Assembly: GCA_963743305.1 (NCBI GenBank)
Contig: CAVUPH010000008.1
Location: 1-64,000 of the forward strand
From: an uncultured delta proteobacterium
GTDB lineage: Bacteria; Desulfobacterota; RBG-13-43-22
DNA length: 64,000 nt
Direction of reading: 5' to 3'
How positions within the stretch are numbered: the stretch's first letter is position 1; each line of letters begins with the position of its first letter. This document shows, piece after piece, positions 35,072-46,167 of this stretch. The position numbers and the translations under genes are program-made. The notes under the pieces are model-generated. The model had not been told where the DNA came from. It did no database searches and saw only the letters and a program-made list of their open reading frames with translations.

Positions 35072-36127
35072 TTGATAGTACTTATCAACCTTCTTATGCT
35101 CGACAAACTTTCCAGCAGGTCTCTATTCAGAATTTCCAGCGGATGGTGGGCGGTAATCTTTTGGGGGCTCGCCTCGCTGTCGGGAGTGATATCCGGGAGG
35201 GCTGAGGAAAAAATATTCCTGCCGGCCATCATTCGAGCCGGCAGCGGCCCTGTCCTGAGTGGATGTCCGGTTTTTCCGGCCGATCATATTTGGAACACTC
35301 CCATCGATCATTTGCCGACGGATCCTCTTTCCCGCCAGTTCGTTAGCACCATCGGCTTAACCAAGGGGGCGCATGCCGATTTTGGATCCGGGACCTGGGA
35401 AGGAGGGCCGATTGGAATCCCCTTCATCGTCGTACCGGGAAGCCAGAGCAAGGTAGCGGTTACCTTTGATTACCAGGAGGAAAGTGACCCGGGGCCCTAC
35501 CCCATTCCGCTGAATCCACCCATCGAGGGAGGGGCCGCCAGCGAAGGTGACCGCCACCTGTTAATTCTGGATCGCGATCACTGCCGTTTGTACGAACTCT
35601 ATAACGCCTGGCCTCAGCCTGACGGATCCTGGCAGGCCGGATCCGGCGCCCAATTCGATCTGAATTCCTATGATCTACGGCCGGAAACCTGGACTTCGGC
35701 CGATGCCGCCGGGTTGCCGATCCTGCCGGGTCTGGTCCGCTATGAAGAAGTGTCTGCCGGAGAAATCCGCCATGCCCTCCGTTTTACGGCGCCGGCTACT
35801 CGGAGGGAATATATTTGGCCCGCCCGACATTACGCCTCTTGGCACACGGAACCCCAGTATCCTCCCCTGGGCCAGCGTTTTCGTCTCAAGGCCGATTTTG
35901 ATCTCTCCGGCTTTTCACCCGAGGTGCAGGTGATTCTGCGCGCCCTGAAGAAATTTGGAATGATCCTGGCCGACAATGGCTCTTCCTGGTATATTAGCGG
36001 GGCCCCGGATGAACGCTGGGACAACGATCATCTGCATGAATTACAACAAGTCCCGGGTTCGGCTTTCGAGGCGGTCACTGTCTCATCCCTGATCATGGAC
36101 CCCCAATCCGGTCAAACCAAGAAATAA
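35072..36127 (+). CDS. Uncharacterised secreted protein
   Basis: Hydrophobic N-terminus; conserved-looking blocks FPADHIWNT, GDRHLLILD, SADAAGLPILPGLVRYEE, IRHALRFT, GMILADNGS. Confidence 0.8.
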   Translation: MIVLINLLMLDKLSSRSLFRISSGWWAVIFWGLASLSGVISGRAEEKIFLPAIIRAGSGPVLSGCPVFPADHIWNTPIDHLPTDPLSRQFVSTIGLTKGAHADFGSGTWEGGPIGIPFIVVPGSQSKVAVTFDYQEESDPGPYPIPLNPPIEGGAASEGDRHLLILDRDHCRLYELYNAWPQPDGSWQAGSGAQFDLNSYDLRPETWTSADAAGLPILPGLVRYEEVSAGEIRHALRFTAPATRREYIWPARHYASWHTEPQYPPLGQRFRLKADFDLSGFSPEVQVILRALKKFGMILADNGSSWYISGAPDERWDNDHLHELQQVPGSAFEAVTVSSLIMDPQSGQTKK

Positions 36128-36360
36128 GTCTCTTTTCCCCCTCTCTTGACGGTTCCTGACGAGTCACTTTACTTGCCCATAAAATGGGAAGGTCTGGTTT
36201 CAGCTCATCCCGATTATCCGGCCTGACAGTTCTTCTTTCCGGACACCCCTTGACTATTCGCCTACCGGATGCGTTAACCTGATTGAATAAGCGGTAAATC
36301 TCAACAAACGGTCAAGCTGGCTGAGGCTCTTTTCCGCTGTTCACCGCTAAACTCGAACCC

Positions 36361-37810
36361 ATGCGACTAAATATCCTGACACGTCTGATCGCCGGATACT
36401 TGATCATCCTGCTGGGGTCCAGCTTGATCAGCGGATATGTTATTTTTGCGCTGCGGGATTTCAGCGTTGAAACCAATGAGATCCTGATCCAGGAAAACCG
36501 AATCCAGGAATACACCCGGAAGATGACCGACGCCTTGTTGTCCCAAAGCCGCTATGAAAAAAAATATTCTATTCTTAAGGACCCGGCGATATATAATCAA
36601 TATCTTCAGGCCCAGGAGGATTTTCGACAGCAATTAGCGGAAGTCCGGACCATACCGGGAGGGGAACGGGAAAAGGGCTTATTAGCCCGGATCGCCCAGG
36701 GTGAGCAGGTTTATAGCGCCTGGATAGCGGAGACCTTGACCACTACCCGCTTAAAAAAACGGGTGCTCGGGAAAGAACAGGATCAGGCGAAAGAGGAAGT
36801 GCTCAACACCGTGATCAACCAGTTGGAAGAGTTAAGGATCTCGGCCCAGCAAAACAACCTGGCCAGGATACGGAAATTGGGAGATGCCCAGGAGACTTCT
36901 CTGCGCATTATTATTTTTCATCGGGGGGGTGACTCTGGGCCTGATTATCGTTATGTCCGTTTTCATTACCCGCAGCATTACCCGACCGATTGCCCTCCTG
37001 GTGGAAAAAACCAAAGAGATGGCCGCAGGGGACTACCAGGGGGACTTAAGGATCCAGTCTCCCCCGGAAGTAGCCAGGCTCACCCGGGCCTTTAATGCCA
37101 TGTGTGCGCAATTGAATAAGATCGATAAAATGAAATCCGATTTTTTTTCCGTCATGTCCCACGAATTAAGAACCCCCTTGACCTCGATCCGGGAAGGGAC
37201 CAGCCTCCTGCTGGAAGGGGTGGGGGGCACCCTTAACGAAAAACAGCAGAAACTCATGGGAATCGTCTCCGAGGAGAGCAACCGTTTGATTGAGCTGGTG
37301 AATTCCCTTTTGGACCTCTCCAAGATGGAAGCCGGGATGATGCATTTCCACTTCTCCCGGATCAATCCCCTCCCCTTGTTTACCATTGCCGCGCAACTGC
37401 TGGAGCCCCTGCTGGTCAATAAAAAAATCGCCCTCCGGCTGGACCTTCCCGAGTCGTTGCCGGCCGTCCCGCTGGATAATGACCGGCTATTACAGGTACT
37501 GAAAAATCTGCTGGGTAACGCCATAAAATATACACCCGAAGGCGGGACCATCACGGTCGCCGCCGGGGTCCGATCGGGGGTTATCCAGGTATCGGTCAAG
37601 GACAATGGACCGGGCATCTCCGAGGACCAGTTGCAGTTTATTTTTGAGAAATTTCGGCAAGTCCCCACACCGGGGGCGCCGCTGGTAAAAGGGACCGGAC
37701 TGGGGTTGGCGATCGTCAAAAAAATTATTACCGCGCATGGAGGAAAAGTGTGGGCCGAAAGCAAACCGGGAAGCGGAAGTACCTTCTATTTTACGTTGCC
37801 CTTATCGTAA
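36361..37810 (+). CDS. HAMP sensor histidine kinase (QseE/GlrK-like), +1 frameshift near 36918
   Basis: TM-periplasmic-TM, HAMP, SHELRTPL, NLLGNAIKY, GTGLGLAI. Confidence 0.88.
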
Positions 37811-38583
37811 CCCTATTTTTTTCCGGCTGCACCTTTTTCCAGGAGATCAGGGAAGGGGAACAGGTTCAGGATAAAATGGTCCAGGGGCAAAAATTCCGCG
37901 GCGAAGGGGAATTCGACCGGTCCTTCCGAGTCTTTCAGGAAATCCTGTCGGCCTACCCTCAGAAACCTCCGGGGGACCAGGCCTTGAGAGAACTGGCCCT
38001 CACTTTAAGCCACCCGGGAAATCCCCGAAAAAATTTCCCGGAAGCCCTGTCCTTCTGGTGGAAACTTCAGAAGGATTTCCCCCAGAGTCCCTATGCCGAG
38101 GAAGCCCGGGCCTGGATCGGGTTAAATACGGCTTATGCGGATGCGCTGCAAAAGGGAGAAAAAACCAAGAGCCAGCTTCAGCAGGCTAGATCCCAGATGG
38201 AGACCTGCAAGACGCAACTGGAAGAGGTCAAGTCGGATCCCCGGTGGTTAATGACCGATTTATTGGCCCGTAATCAGAAGCTTTGGGCTCAAAATGAATT
38301 TGACCGGGCACTGGAGGAAAATCAGGCTGTTCTGACCAAGTACGGGCACAAACCTCCAGCCGATGAAGCCCTCTATGCCCTGGGTTTCATCTATGCCCAG
38401 GCCAATTATCCCAAGAAGGATTACCATAAGGCCATCTTTTATTTCAAGAAACTGCTCAAGGAATTCCCCCAGAGCCTGCGGGTCGAAGAGGCCCGGGCCT
38501 GGGTGCAGATCATGGAGCTTTGGGAGCGGTCCAAACAAATCGACTTGGAGATTGAAAAGAAACGGAAGCAATTCGGAAAGTAG
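37750..38583 (+). CDS. TPR lipoprotein between kinase and regulator (QseG-like position)
   Basis: Lipobox FSGC; duplicated motif KPP.D.AL..HP.NP.K...A..L.K.FPQS....EARAW. Confidence 0.8.
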   Translation: MGRKQTGKRKYLLFYVALIVTLFFSGCTFFQEIREGEQVQDKMVQGQKFRGEGEFDRSFRVFQEILSAYPQKPPGDQALRELALTLSHPGNPRKNFPEALSFWWKLQKDFPQSPYAEEARAWIGLNTAYADALQKGEKTKSQLQQARSQMETCKTQLEEVKSDPRWLMTDLLARNQKLWAQNEFDRALEENQAVLTKYGHKPPADEALYALGFIYAQANYPKKDYHKAIFYFKKLLKEFPQSLRVEEARAWVQIMELWERSKQIDLEIEKKRKQFGK

Positions 38584-38592
38584 GAAAAGCGA

Positions 38593-39983
38593 ATGTCTTT
38601 GGGAAAAATATTGGTCGTGGATGATGATAAAAATCTGCTGGAACTCCTCCGGATGCGGTTGGAGGCGGCGGATTATCAGGTTTCCACCTCCTTGACTGAA
38701 GAAGGGGCCGAGGAGCTGGTCCGGGAAGAGATCTTCGACCTGGCGGTGATTGACCTGCAGCTTCAAAAGATGGACGGCATCGCGCTCATGAGGCAGCTTC
38801 ATTTGATTCACCCGGATCTGTCCGTGATCATTCTCACCGCCTTCGGGAGCATCGAGACCGCCGTTGAAGCCGTTAAAAGCGGGGCCTTCACCTATCTCAC
38901 CAAGCCTTTTGACCCCCGGGCCCTTTTGATCGACATTGAAAAGGCCCTGGAAAACAAAAAACTGACCCAGGAAATCAAACGCCTGAAAGGGATGCTCTCG
39001 GAGCGTTTTGACATACCCAATATCATTGCCAAGAGTGAAAAAATGCGGGAAATCATCACCATGGTTTCCCGGGCCGCGGAGACCGATTCCACGGTCTATA
39101 TCCAGGGGGAAAGCGGGACGGGCAAGGAGATCATCGCCAAGGCCATTCATCTGGCCAGCGCCCGGAAAGACCAGCCCTTTGTGGCCCTCAATTGCGCGGC
39201 CATCCCGGTAACGCTACTGGAGAGCGAGCTGTTCGGTTATGAAAAAGGGGCCTTTACCGGAGCGATTCGCACGATGAAAGGCCAGTTGGCCCAGGCGGAT
39301 AAAGGGACTTTCTTCCTGGACGAGATCGGGGATATGCCTTTGTCCATCCAGGCCAAACTGCTGCGGGTGCTGCAGGAGCGGCAATTCTATCCCTTAGGAG
39401 GAAAGAAATCGATCTCGGTCGACATTCGGGTGGTGGTGGCCACCAACAAAAATCTGGAAGAGGAAATGCAAAAGGGGAACTTCCGGGAAGATTTATTCTA
39501 CCGGATTTACGTTATTCCTATCATCATACCGCCCTTGAGGGAGCGCAAGGAGGATATCCCGGCTCTGGTCGATTTTTTTCTAAAAAAGCTGGCCCGGCAG
39601 ATGAAGAAAGGGGTCACGGCGGTTGACCCCCATGGCCATGCAAAAATTGATGATCCATGATTGGCCGGGTAATGTCCGGGAATTGGAAAACACTATTGGA
39701 GTTCGCTGTGGCCATGTCCCCTTACGAACTGATCACCGAGGACTTGATCTTACGGGGCCGGGAGGTTCCGGAGGAACCGCTGGTCTCCTTAAAAGAGGCC
39801 CGGGAAGATTTTGAACGCCGTTATATTATCCGCCTTCTGGAAATGACCCAGGGGAACGTCAGCAAGGCCTCGGGTTTGGCCGGTCGTTATCGGGCCGATT
39901 TCTATCACTTATTGAAAAAATACAATCTTGATCCGGATATCTTTAAAAAGGACAAACCGGCCCGAACCCGGGGAGAGGATTAA
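38593..39983 (+). CDS. sigma54-dependent response regulator (QseF/GlrR-like), two +1 frameshifts near 39622 and 39698
   Basis: Receiver domain, GESGTGKE, GAFTGA, FLDEIGD, WPGNVRELEN, HTH GNVSKASGLAGRYRADFY resembling GlrR. Confidence 0.9.
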
Positions 39984-41248
39984 AAAAGTCTTAACTGGCG
40001 GTCGACCGGAGGGGATTGGGCTTGGTTTGACCTGGGGTTTTCAGAAAAAAGGTTAACCCGACCATATACCCCGTCGTAACCGGGGACCACACTGACCAAC
40101 CCCTGACGAACCCCGAGGATCCCTTCGACCAGGCGGGAATCCATAAAGGAGGCCAACTCCTCGGCCGATTTATCCAACAGAATTTCCAGTTCCGCGCCTC
40201 CCCGTTCAAGAAGGTTCAGGTATTCTCGGCGAACACGCTTCGATCCCACCCCCAGACCGTATCTTGCGGCGATGATCTCTTCCAGAGGGACCAAATGGAT
40301 GGCCGAAATCGCCCCTGGGGGACGAAAACCGGTCGGCCGATCGGCCAGTTCTTCCACCCGGTGCATTACCCCGATCACGATTTTCTTGCCGCAAACCGGG
40401 CAGCAATCATTGTTTTCCCGACTTTGCCCGGGCGAAAAGCAGACCCGGCAGTTGCGGTGGCCGTCAAAGTGATATTTTCCTTCTTCCGGAAAGAATTCAA
40501 TGGTGGCCGGAAAGCGGGCCGGGTCTTTTTGCTTAATGGCCTCGATGATGGCCGGGTAGGAAAGCTCGGTTTCAAAAATGTTGGCCTCGCGTCCGATTTT
40601 GGCGGGAGAGTGGGCATCGGAATTGGAAATTAAGGTCAGGTTATCCAAAGCCGACCAGCGCCAGTTCATGGCCGGGTCCGAGGACAGGCCGGTTTCAATG
40701 GCGAAGATATGGGCCGTTTCTTCTTCGAAGCATTCCTCCAGGGAACCAAAACCGGACTGGGAACCGAAGACCGAAAACCAGGGGGTCCAGACATGAGCCG
40801 GCACCAGCAGACAGGCGGGTTCGATATCCAGGACCACTTTGACCAGATCCTTGGCCGAAAAACCAAAAATAGGACGGCCGTCGGATTTCACGTTGCCCAA
40901 GGCCCCCAGCCGGAGATTGATCTTTTCAGCGGCGGCCAGCCCCGGGGCAAAAATCATCATGTGGATCCGCCGGCCTTTTCCGCTCTGGGTATAGATATGG
41001 CTGGTTTCGGCGGTCAAGAGAAAAAGTGGGTCGTCGGCTTTTCCACCCCTAAGTCGCAACAGCCCCTCTCCAGTTTCCTCCAACTGGGTCCGAATCTCCT
41101 GAAAATAAGCCGGATGGGTAAAGTCGCCGGTGCCCAGGAGGGACAGTCCCTTTAAACGACCCCAGCGGGCGATCTCCGGCAGGTGCATATCCCGGCTCGT
41201 CGCCCGACTAAAGGCCGAATGAAGATGAAAGTCGGCGATGATTCTCAA
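39980..41248 (-). CDS. Endonuclease Q family protein (PHP domain)
   Basis: ADFHLHSAFSRATS, GTGDFTHP, ETGLSSDP, NSDAHS, GKYHFDGHRNC, CPVCGK, PGYDGVYG. Confidence 0.9.
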   Translation of the reverse strand: MRIIADFHLHSAFSRATSRDMHLPEIARWGRLKGLSLLGTGDFTHPAYFQEIRTQLEETGEGLLRLRGGKADDPLFLLTAETSHIYTQSGKGRRIHMMIFAPGLAAAEKINLRLGALGNVKSDGRPIFGFSAKDLVKVVLDIEPACLLVPAHVWTPWFSVFGSQSGFGSLEECFEEETAHIFAIETGLSSDPAMNWRWSALDNLTLISNSDAHSPAKIGREANIFETELSYPAIIEAIKQKDPARFPATIEFFPEEGKYHFDGHRNCRVCFSPGQSRENNDCCPVCGKKIVIGVMHRVEELADRPTGFRPPGAISAIHLVPLEEIIAARYGLGVGSKRVRREYLNLLERGGAELEILLDKSAEELASFMDSRLVEGILGVRQGLVSVVPGYDGVYGRVNLFSENPRSNQAQSPPVDRQLRLF

Positions 41249-43035
41249 GGCCAGACCGTATGGATTTTTTTGTCTTTTTCCTGGATCTCGGCCTCCAGGC
41301 GCTGTTTGAAGGCCTTCAGCGCCTCGGCAATTTGGGGATTAAAAAGAGCCAGGATCTGGGCCGCCAGAACGGCTGCGTTTTTGGCCCCGGCGATCCCAAT
41401 GGCCATAGTGGCTACCGGGACCCCGGACGGCATCTGAACCATGGCCAGCAGGGAGTCCAGGCCTTTCAAGGGCGAGGAGTCAATCGGGACCCCGATCACC
41501 GGCAGGGTAGTCTCCGCCGCCAAAACACCGGCCAGGTGCGCGGCAGCCCCGGCCCCGGCGATCAGGACTTTGAACCCCCGATCTTCGGCCCGTCGGGCAA
41601 ACTCCACGGTTTTTTTCGGAGAGCGATGGGCCGAGGAAACCAGCAGTTCAAAGGGAATTTTAAATTGTTTCAGGGTGCGGGCAGCGACTTCCAGGACCGG
41701 CAAATCCGAATCACTGCCCATCATCAACCCCACCAGCGGTTTGGGTTTAAGCCCTTTCTCCTTAAGGTGCTTAGAGGCTTTTTGGCCGATATCGGTCCGA
41801 TAGTAGGCCGTCTTCCACTGGATTTTACCGACCGCCTGATAGGCCTTTTTAATCGCCCGGGGGATGTCTTCCCCCAAGGCGGTTACCCCCAGGACCCGGC
41901 CGCCGTTGGTCACCACGGCCTTATCCTTGAAGGTGGTGCCGGCGTGAAAAACAACCACGTCCTTCAGGCGTTTAGCTGCCTCCAGGCCCTGAATGGTCTG
42001 CCCTTTCTGATAGGTGCCGGGATAACCTTGGGCGGCCATAACCACGCAAACCGACGGGCGGACGTCCCAGACGGCTTTCACCTGATCCAGTTTACCGACC
42101 GTTACCGCTGTCAGGATTTCCACCAGGTCGCTCTTCAGCCGCACTAATAATGGCTGGGCCTCCGGATCGCCGAAACGGACATTGTATTCCAGAACCTTGA
42201 TCTTTCCCTGGTTGATCATCAACCCTGCATAAAGCACCCCTTTATAAGGCCGTCCTTCTTTGGCCATGGCCCGGACCGTGGGGATCATGACCCGATTCAT
42301 GACCTCCTGAAACAGGGCTTCATCCACCACCGGGGCCGGTGAATAGGCCCCCATCCCCCCCGTATTGGGGCCCTGGTCATTGTCGTAAATCGGCTTGTGA
42401 TCCTGGGAGGTAGGCATGGGCAGAACCGTTTTCCCATCGCTGAAGGCCAGAAAGGAGGCCTCCTCGCCGGTCAGATATTCCTCCAAAATGATCTTGTTCC
42501 CGGCGTCTCCGAAGGCTCGGTCCAGCATGATCAACTCGATCGCCGCCTTGGCCTCAGCCAGGGTTTGGCAAACCATGACTCCTTTGCCGGCGGCCAATCC
42601 ATCGGCTTTGACCACAACCGGCGCCCCGAGCTTGTCCAGGTAGGCCATGGCCTGTTTCGGATCGGTGAACGAACGATAGGCCGCCGTGGGGATTTGGTAT
42701 TTGGTCATCAGCCGTTTGGCGAAATCCTTGCTGGCTTCTAGGAGGGCCGCCTTCTTGCTCACGCCAAAGGCCTTCAACCCTTTTTTTTCAAAGGCATCCA
42801 CCAGGCCTAAGGTCAAGGGGGATTCCGGCCCCACTACGGTCAGATCAATCTTCTCCTTGAGGGCCAAGTCCAGGAGGGCGCCGGTATCTTCCCCTTTCAG
42901 GGGCAGGCAAGTGGCCATTTCCGCGATACCGGCGTTACCCGGCGCACAAAATATTTGTTTCACCAGGGGACTCTGAGCGATTTTCCACACCAGGGCATGT
43001 TCCCGTCCTCCGCCGCCGACTACCAGAATCTTCAT
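41245..43035 (-). CDS. purD: Phosphoribosylamine--glycine ligase fused to N5-CAIR mutase (PurD-PurE)
   Basis: GGGGREHAL, KADGLAAGKGV, GPNTGGMGAY then in-frame MGSDSD, SAHRSP, VQMPSGVPVAT. Confidence 0.95.
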   Translation of the reverse strand: MKILVVGGGGREHALVWKIAQSPLVKQIFCAPGNAGIAEMATCLPLKGEDTGALLDLALKEKIDLTVVGPESPLTLGLVDAFEKKGLKAFGVSKKAALLEASKDFAKRLMTKYQIPTAAYRSFTDPKQAMAYLDKLGAPVVVKADGLAAGKGVMVCQTLAEAKAAIELIMLDRAFGDAGNKIILEEYLTGEEASFLAFSDGKTVLPMPTSQDHKPIYDNDQGPNTGGMGAYSPAPVVDEALFQEVMNRVMIPTVRAMAKEGRPYKGVLYAGLMINQGKIKVLEYNVRFGDPEAQPLLVRLKSDLVEILTAVTVGKLDQVKAVWDVRPSVCVVMAAQGYPGTYQKGQTIQGLEAAKRLKDVVVFHAGTTFKDKAVVTNGGRVLGVTALGEDIPRAIKKAYQAVGKIQWKTAYYRTDIGQKASKHLKEKGLKPKPLVGLMMGSDSDLPVLEVAARTLKQFKIPFELLVSSAHRSPKKTVEFARRAEDRGFKVLIAGAGAAAHLAGVLAAETTLPVIGVPIDSSPLKGLDSLLAMVQMPSGVPVATMAIGIAGAKNAAVLAAQILALFNPQIAEALKAFKQRLEAEIQEKDKKIHTVWP

Positions 43036-43065
43036 AAATTTCCTCCTCTCAAAAACACCCCGGCC

Positions 43066-43668
43066 TTAATCGGCGTGGGCCAATAGAATTTCCCCTAGTT
43101 CCTGCCAGTTCGCTACCTTGGGGAAAGGATGGGGCTCCTGATTCCAGGGTTGCTCGAAAACGATGGGCAGGATGGCGTGTTGGAATAATAAATGACAGGT
43201 GTCCAAATGATCATCAATGTAATAGGTGAAGCCCAATTCTTGGAGTATTTTAGGTTTCAAGTAGTGCTGCCCGGCGGCGATGACTCGAATGCGGAGGGGA
43301 TCGACGTCCGGCAACTGGCCGAGGACCCAGTCGGTGATGGGTTCCGCCTTATGACGGGCGGTGACAAAAGTCAGAGGATAGCGCTGGCCATAAGCGCTCA
43401 AAACGGGCACCGACTGTTCGAAAGGATTCATTTTCAGGGCATCCGGGTAATCGACAATCTTCTCGATCAACCGGTCGATGATCCCGGCATCCAGGTCCAG
43501 GCAGTCATATAGATAATATCGGGTAATATCTCCATAGTGAATGGAATCTATCTGGTAAAGCTCATTGGCCAGGCGGATAAATAGTTCCATGACATTGCCG
43601 AAAACCCCGTCGATGTCAAAGGCGACCCGGCCGGGTACCCGGGAAAGAGGCCGCGGACGGTTATTCAT
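43066..43668 (-). CDS. HAD-family 5'(3')-nucleotidase-like protein
   Basis: [20 protein letters not shown]. Confidence 0.82.
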   Translation of the reverse strand: MNNRPRPLSRVPGRVAFDIDGVFGNVMELFIRLANELYQIDSIHYGDITRYYLYDCLDLDAGIIDRLIEKIVDYPDALKMNPFEQSVPVLSAYGQRYPLTFVTARHKAEPITDWVLGQLPDVDPLRIRVIAAGQHYLKPKILQELGFTYYIDDHLDTCHLLFQHAILPIVFEQPWNQEPHPFPKVANWQELGEILLAHAD

Positions 43669-44263
43669 GGGGATCCACAAAAGTATTGAGGTAGTGGCTG
43701 ATGGCCCCATCGTAGCGTTGGGTTAAGTGGAAGACCTTCTTCGCCAGGTAAAATCGGGTGGCGGGAGAAGTCCGGCCGTTGGTTTTTAGTTCCTGAAGCA
43801 CCTGCGGGTAATCGTTCGGATCGGTGAGGACCGTCACCTCCGGATAATTTTTGGCCGCCGCCCGAAGCAGGGCGGGGCCGCCGATATCAATATTTTCGAT
43901 GGCCTCTTCCAAAGAACATCCCGGTTTGGCCACGGTCTTTTCGAAGGCATATAAATTGACCACCAGCAGGTCGATGGGTTCTATATCCAGGGCCCGCATT
44001 TGTTCCCGGTGCCGGGGATCCTGGCGGCGTCCCAATAGACCGCCGTGGATCTTGGGCTGTAGAGTCTTGACGCGCCCGTCCAGGATTTCCGGGAATCCGG
44101 TATAGGCGGAGACCTCTGTTACCGGCAGCTCGGCGGCCTGAAGGGCCTTGGCCGTCCCGCCGGTGGACAGGATCTCAAAATCCAATTGAATCAATTCCCG
44201 GGCGAATTCCACAATCCCGGACTTGTCGGTCACGCTGATCAGCGCTTTGGGGGCAGACGCCAT
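43661..44263 (-). CDS. purH: IMP cyclohydrolase (PurH N-terminal MGS-like domain only)
   Basis: [34 protein letters not shown]; ends at 200 aa with no transformylase domain. Confidence 0.9.
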   Translation of the reverse strand: MASAPKALISVTDKSGIVEFARELIQLDFEILSTGGTAKALQAAELPVTEVSAYTGFPEILDGRVKTLQPKIHGGLLGRRQDPRHREQMRALDIEPIDLLVVNLYAFEKTVAKPGCSLEEAIENIDIGGPALLRAAAKNYPEVTVLTDPNDYPQVLQELKTNGRTSPATRFYLAKKVFHLTQRYDGAISHYLNTFVDPHE

Positions 44264-44418
44264 GGTTTTTCCTCTTTAATCCCCACCCGGCAAAACCGGG
44301 GGAATGGTATAGTTCAGCCTGAAAGTTACCGTATCCTATCAAGGATGGGAAACGAGGTCAAGGATAACCGCTGGCAAGAACTCTTGTGAAGATGGGGCAA
44401 AAAAAGTATACTTTCCGC

Positions 44419-45156
44419 ATGAAAGAGACAGTCTGGTTGAACCTGGGACTTGTTCCTTATCAGGCCGCCTGGGATCTCCAAAAATTTCTGGTAAACCAAA
44501 AAAAAGCCGACCCCCTTTCCCCGGACTTCTTGATCCTCCTGGAACACCCGCCGGTGTTGACCTTGGGGAGATGGGGGAAATTGGGCAACGTTTTGGTCGA
44601 TCCCCAACGGTTGCAGGCGCTCCACATCGACCTCATCCGCTGCGAGCGGGGAGGCCAGGTAACCTATCACGGCCCCGGGCAGTTGGTCGGCTATCCTGTA
44701 TTCAACTTGAAATCCCTTCGATTAGGAATCCGGGATTACGTTTTTTTACTGGAAGAGGTGCTCATTGGCGCCCTGGCGGATTACGATCTCCAGGCCGGCC
44801 GAAAGGCAGGGTACCCCGGCGTTTGGGTGAAAGGGGAAAAAATTGCCTCTTTGGGTCTGGCAGTGCAAGCGGGTATCGTCTATCACGGCTTTGCCTTGAA
44901 TTACGGCGTTGATCTGGGTCCTTTCCATTGGATTGTCCCCTGCGGGTTGTCCGGGGTTCGAATGACCTCCCTGGAATTGTTGAAGGACGGAAAGATAGAA
45001 GCGCAGGATCTGCGCCGGCGTTTGGCCGGCCATTTTGAAAAAGTTTTCAATGTAAAACTGGTCTCCAGAGAACAGGCCGATGAAAACTTGAAAAAATTGC
45101 TTGAAAATTGTAATAAAAGGCCGATAAGCATTTCAGATGGACCCCATCATCACTGA
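44419..45156 (+). CDS. lipB: Octanoyltransferase
   Basis: LEHPPVLTLG, RGGQVTYHGPGQLVGYP, KIASLG, HGFALN, IVPCG. Confidence 0.95.
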   Translation: MKETVWLNLGLVPYQAAWDLQKFLVNQKKADPLSPDFLILLEHPPVLTLGRWGKLGNVLVDPQRLQALHIDLIRCERGGQVTYHGPGQLVGYPVFNLKSLRLGIRDYVFLLEEVLIGALADYDLQAGRKAGYPGVWVKGEKIASLGLAVQAGIVYHGFALNYGVDLGPFHWIVPCGLSGVRMTSLELLKDGKIEAQDLRRRLAGHFEKVFNVKLVSREQADENLKKLLENCNKRPISISDGPHHH

Positions 45157-46105
45157 CGTCCAGACGGGACAGGCGGATCCGACTTCAAGAAGGCGTACTC
45201 CTTTTCAGCCCAAGCCGGCCTGGCTAAAAAAAAGGATGGCCGCCGGGCCGAATATCTTGCGGATAAAAGGGCTTATTCAGCAAGACGGCCTGCATACCGT
45301 TTGCCAGGAAGCACGATGTCCCAACCAGGGCGAATGTTTTTCACAGGGGACCGCCACCTTTCTGCTGATGGGCGACCGCTGTACCCGAAATTGTGCTTTT
45401 TGCGCTGTTTCGCCCGGTCCCCCTAAACCCCTGGAGGCCGATGAACCGGATAGAGTCGCGGCGGCCATCCAAAAGATGGGGATCCAATACGCGGTCTTAA
45501 CCTCGGTCACCCGGGACGACCTTCCGGATGGCGGGGCGGAGCACTTCGGACGGACAGTCCTGGCCATCAGGGAACAGGTCCCCGGGACCACGGTGGAGTG
45601 CCTGATACCCGACTTCCAGGGGCGGGTAGAATCGTTTCAGGGGGTGGCTGAAAGCCGCCCCGCCGTTATTAATCATAATATGGAGACGGTCCCGCGCCTG
45701 TATCCCTTAGTCCGTCCCGGGGCGGATTATCAGCGGTCTCTGTCTCTTTTTAACTTTTTGAGAAATCAGTTCCCCGAGGTATTGACCAAATCCGGGCTGA
45801 TGGTGGGATTAGGAGAGAAGGAGGCTGAAGTCTTGGCCGTCCTCCAGGAACTTAAAAATCAAGGGTGCAACCTGCTGACTATCGGCCAATACCTCCAGCC
45901 CACCCCCGCGCATCTCCCGGTCCGACGTTATGTGCGACCCGCGGAATTTGCCGCCTGGGAGGATAAGGCCCGGAAAATGGGGTTTGAAGGGGTAGCCTCG
46001 GGACCCTTGGTCCGCAGTTCCTACCGGGCCGCCAGCCTTTATTGCCAGGCCCTGTCGGTAAGGGATGATTTGCTCGGCAATAAAAGACCGGGCCTTGAGG
46101 CCTAA
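45137..46105 (+). CDS. lipA: Lipoyl synthase
   Basis: TVCQEARCPNQGEC, CTRNCAFC, TIGQYLQP, LVRSSY. Confidence 0.96.
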   Translation: MDPIITDVQTGQADPTSRRRTPFQPKPAWLKKRMAAGPNILRIKGLIQQDGLHTVCQEARCPNQGECFSQGTATFLLMGDRCTRNCAFCAVSPGPPKPLEADEPDRVAAAIQKMGIQYAVLTSVTRDDLPDGGAEHFGRTVLAIREQVPGTTVECLIPDFQGRVESFQGVAESRPAVINHNMETVPRLYPLVRPGADYQRSLSLFNFLRNQFPEVLTKSGLMVGLGEKEAEVLAVLQELKNQGCNLLTIGQYLQPTPAHLPVRRYVRPAEFAAWEDKARKMGFEGVASGPLVRSSYRAASLYCQALSVRDDLLGNKRPGLEA

Positions 46106-46167
46106 GGTCACAATTTGTTGATCCTGCCCTTGGATGACGCTTTTATGTAGTTGAAAAAAGAGAAATT

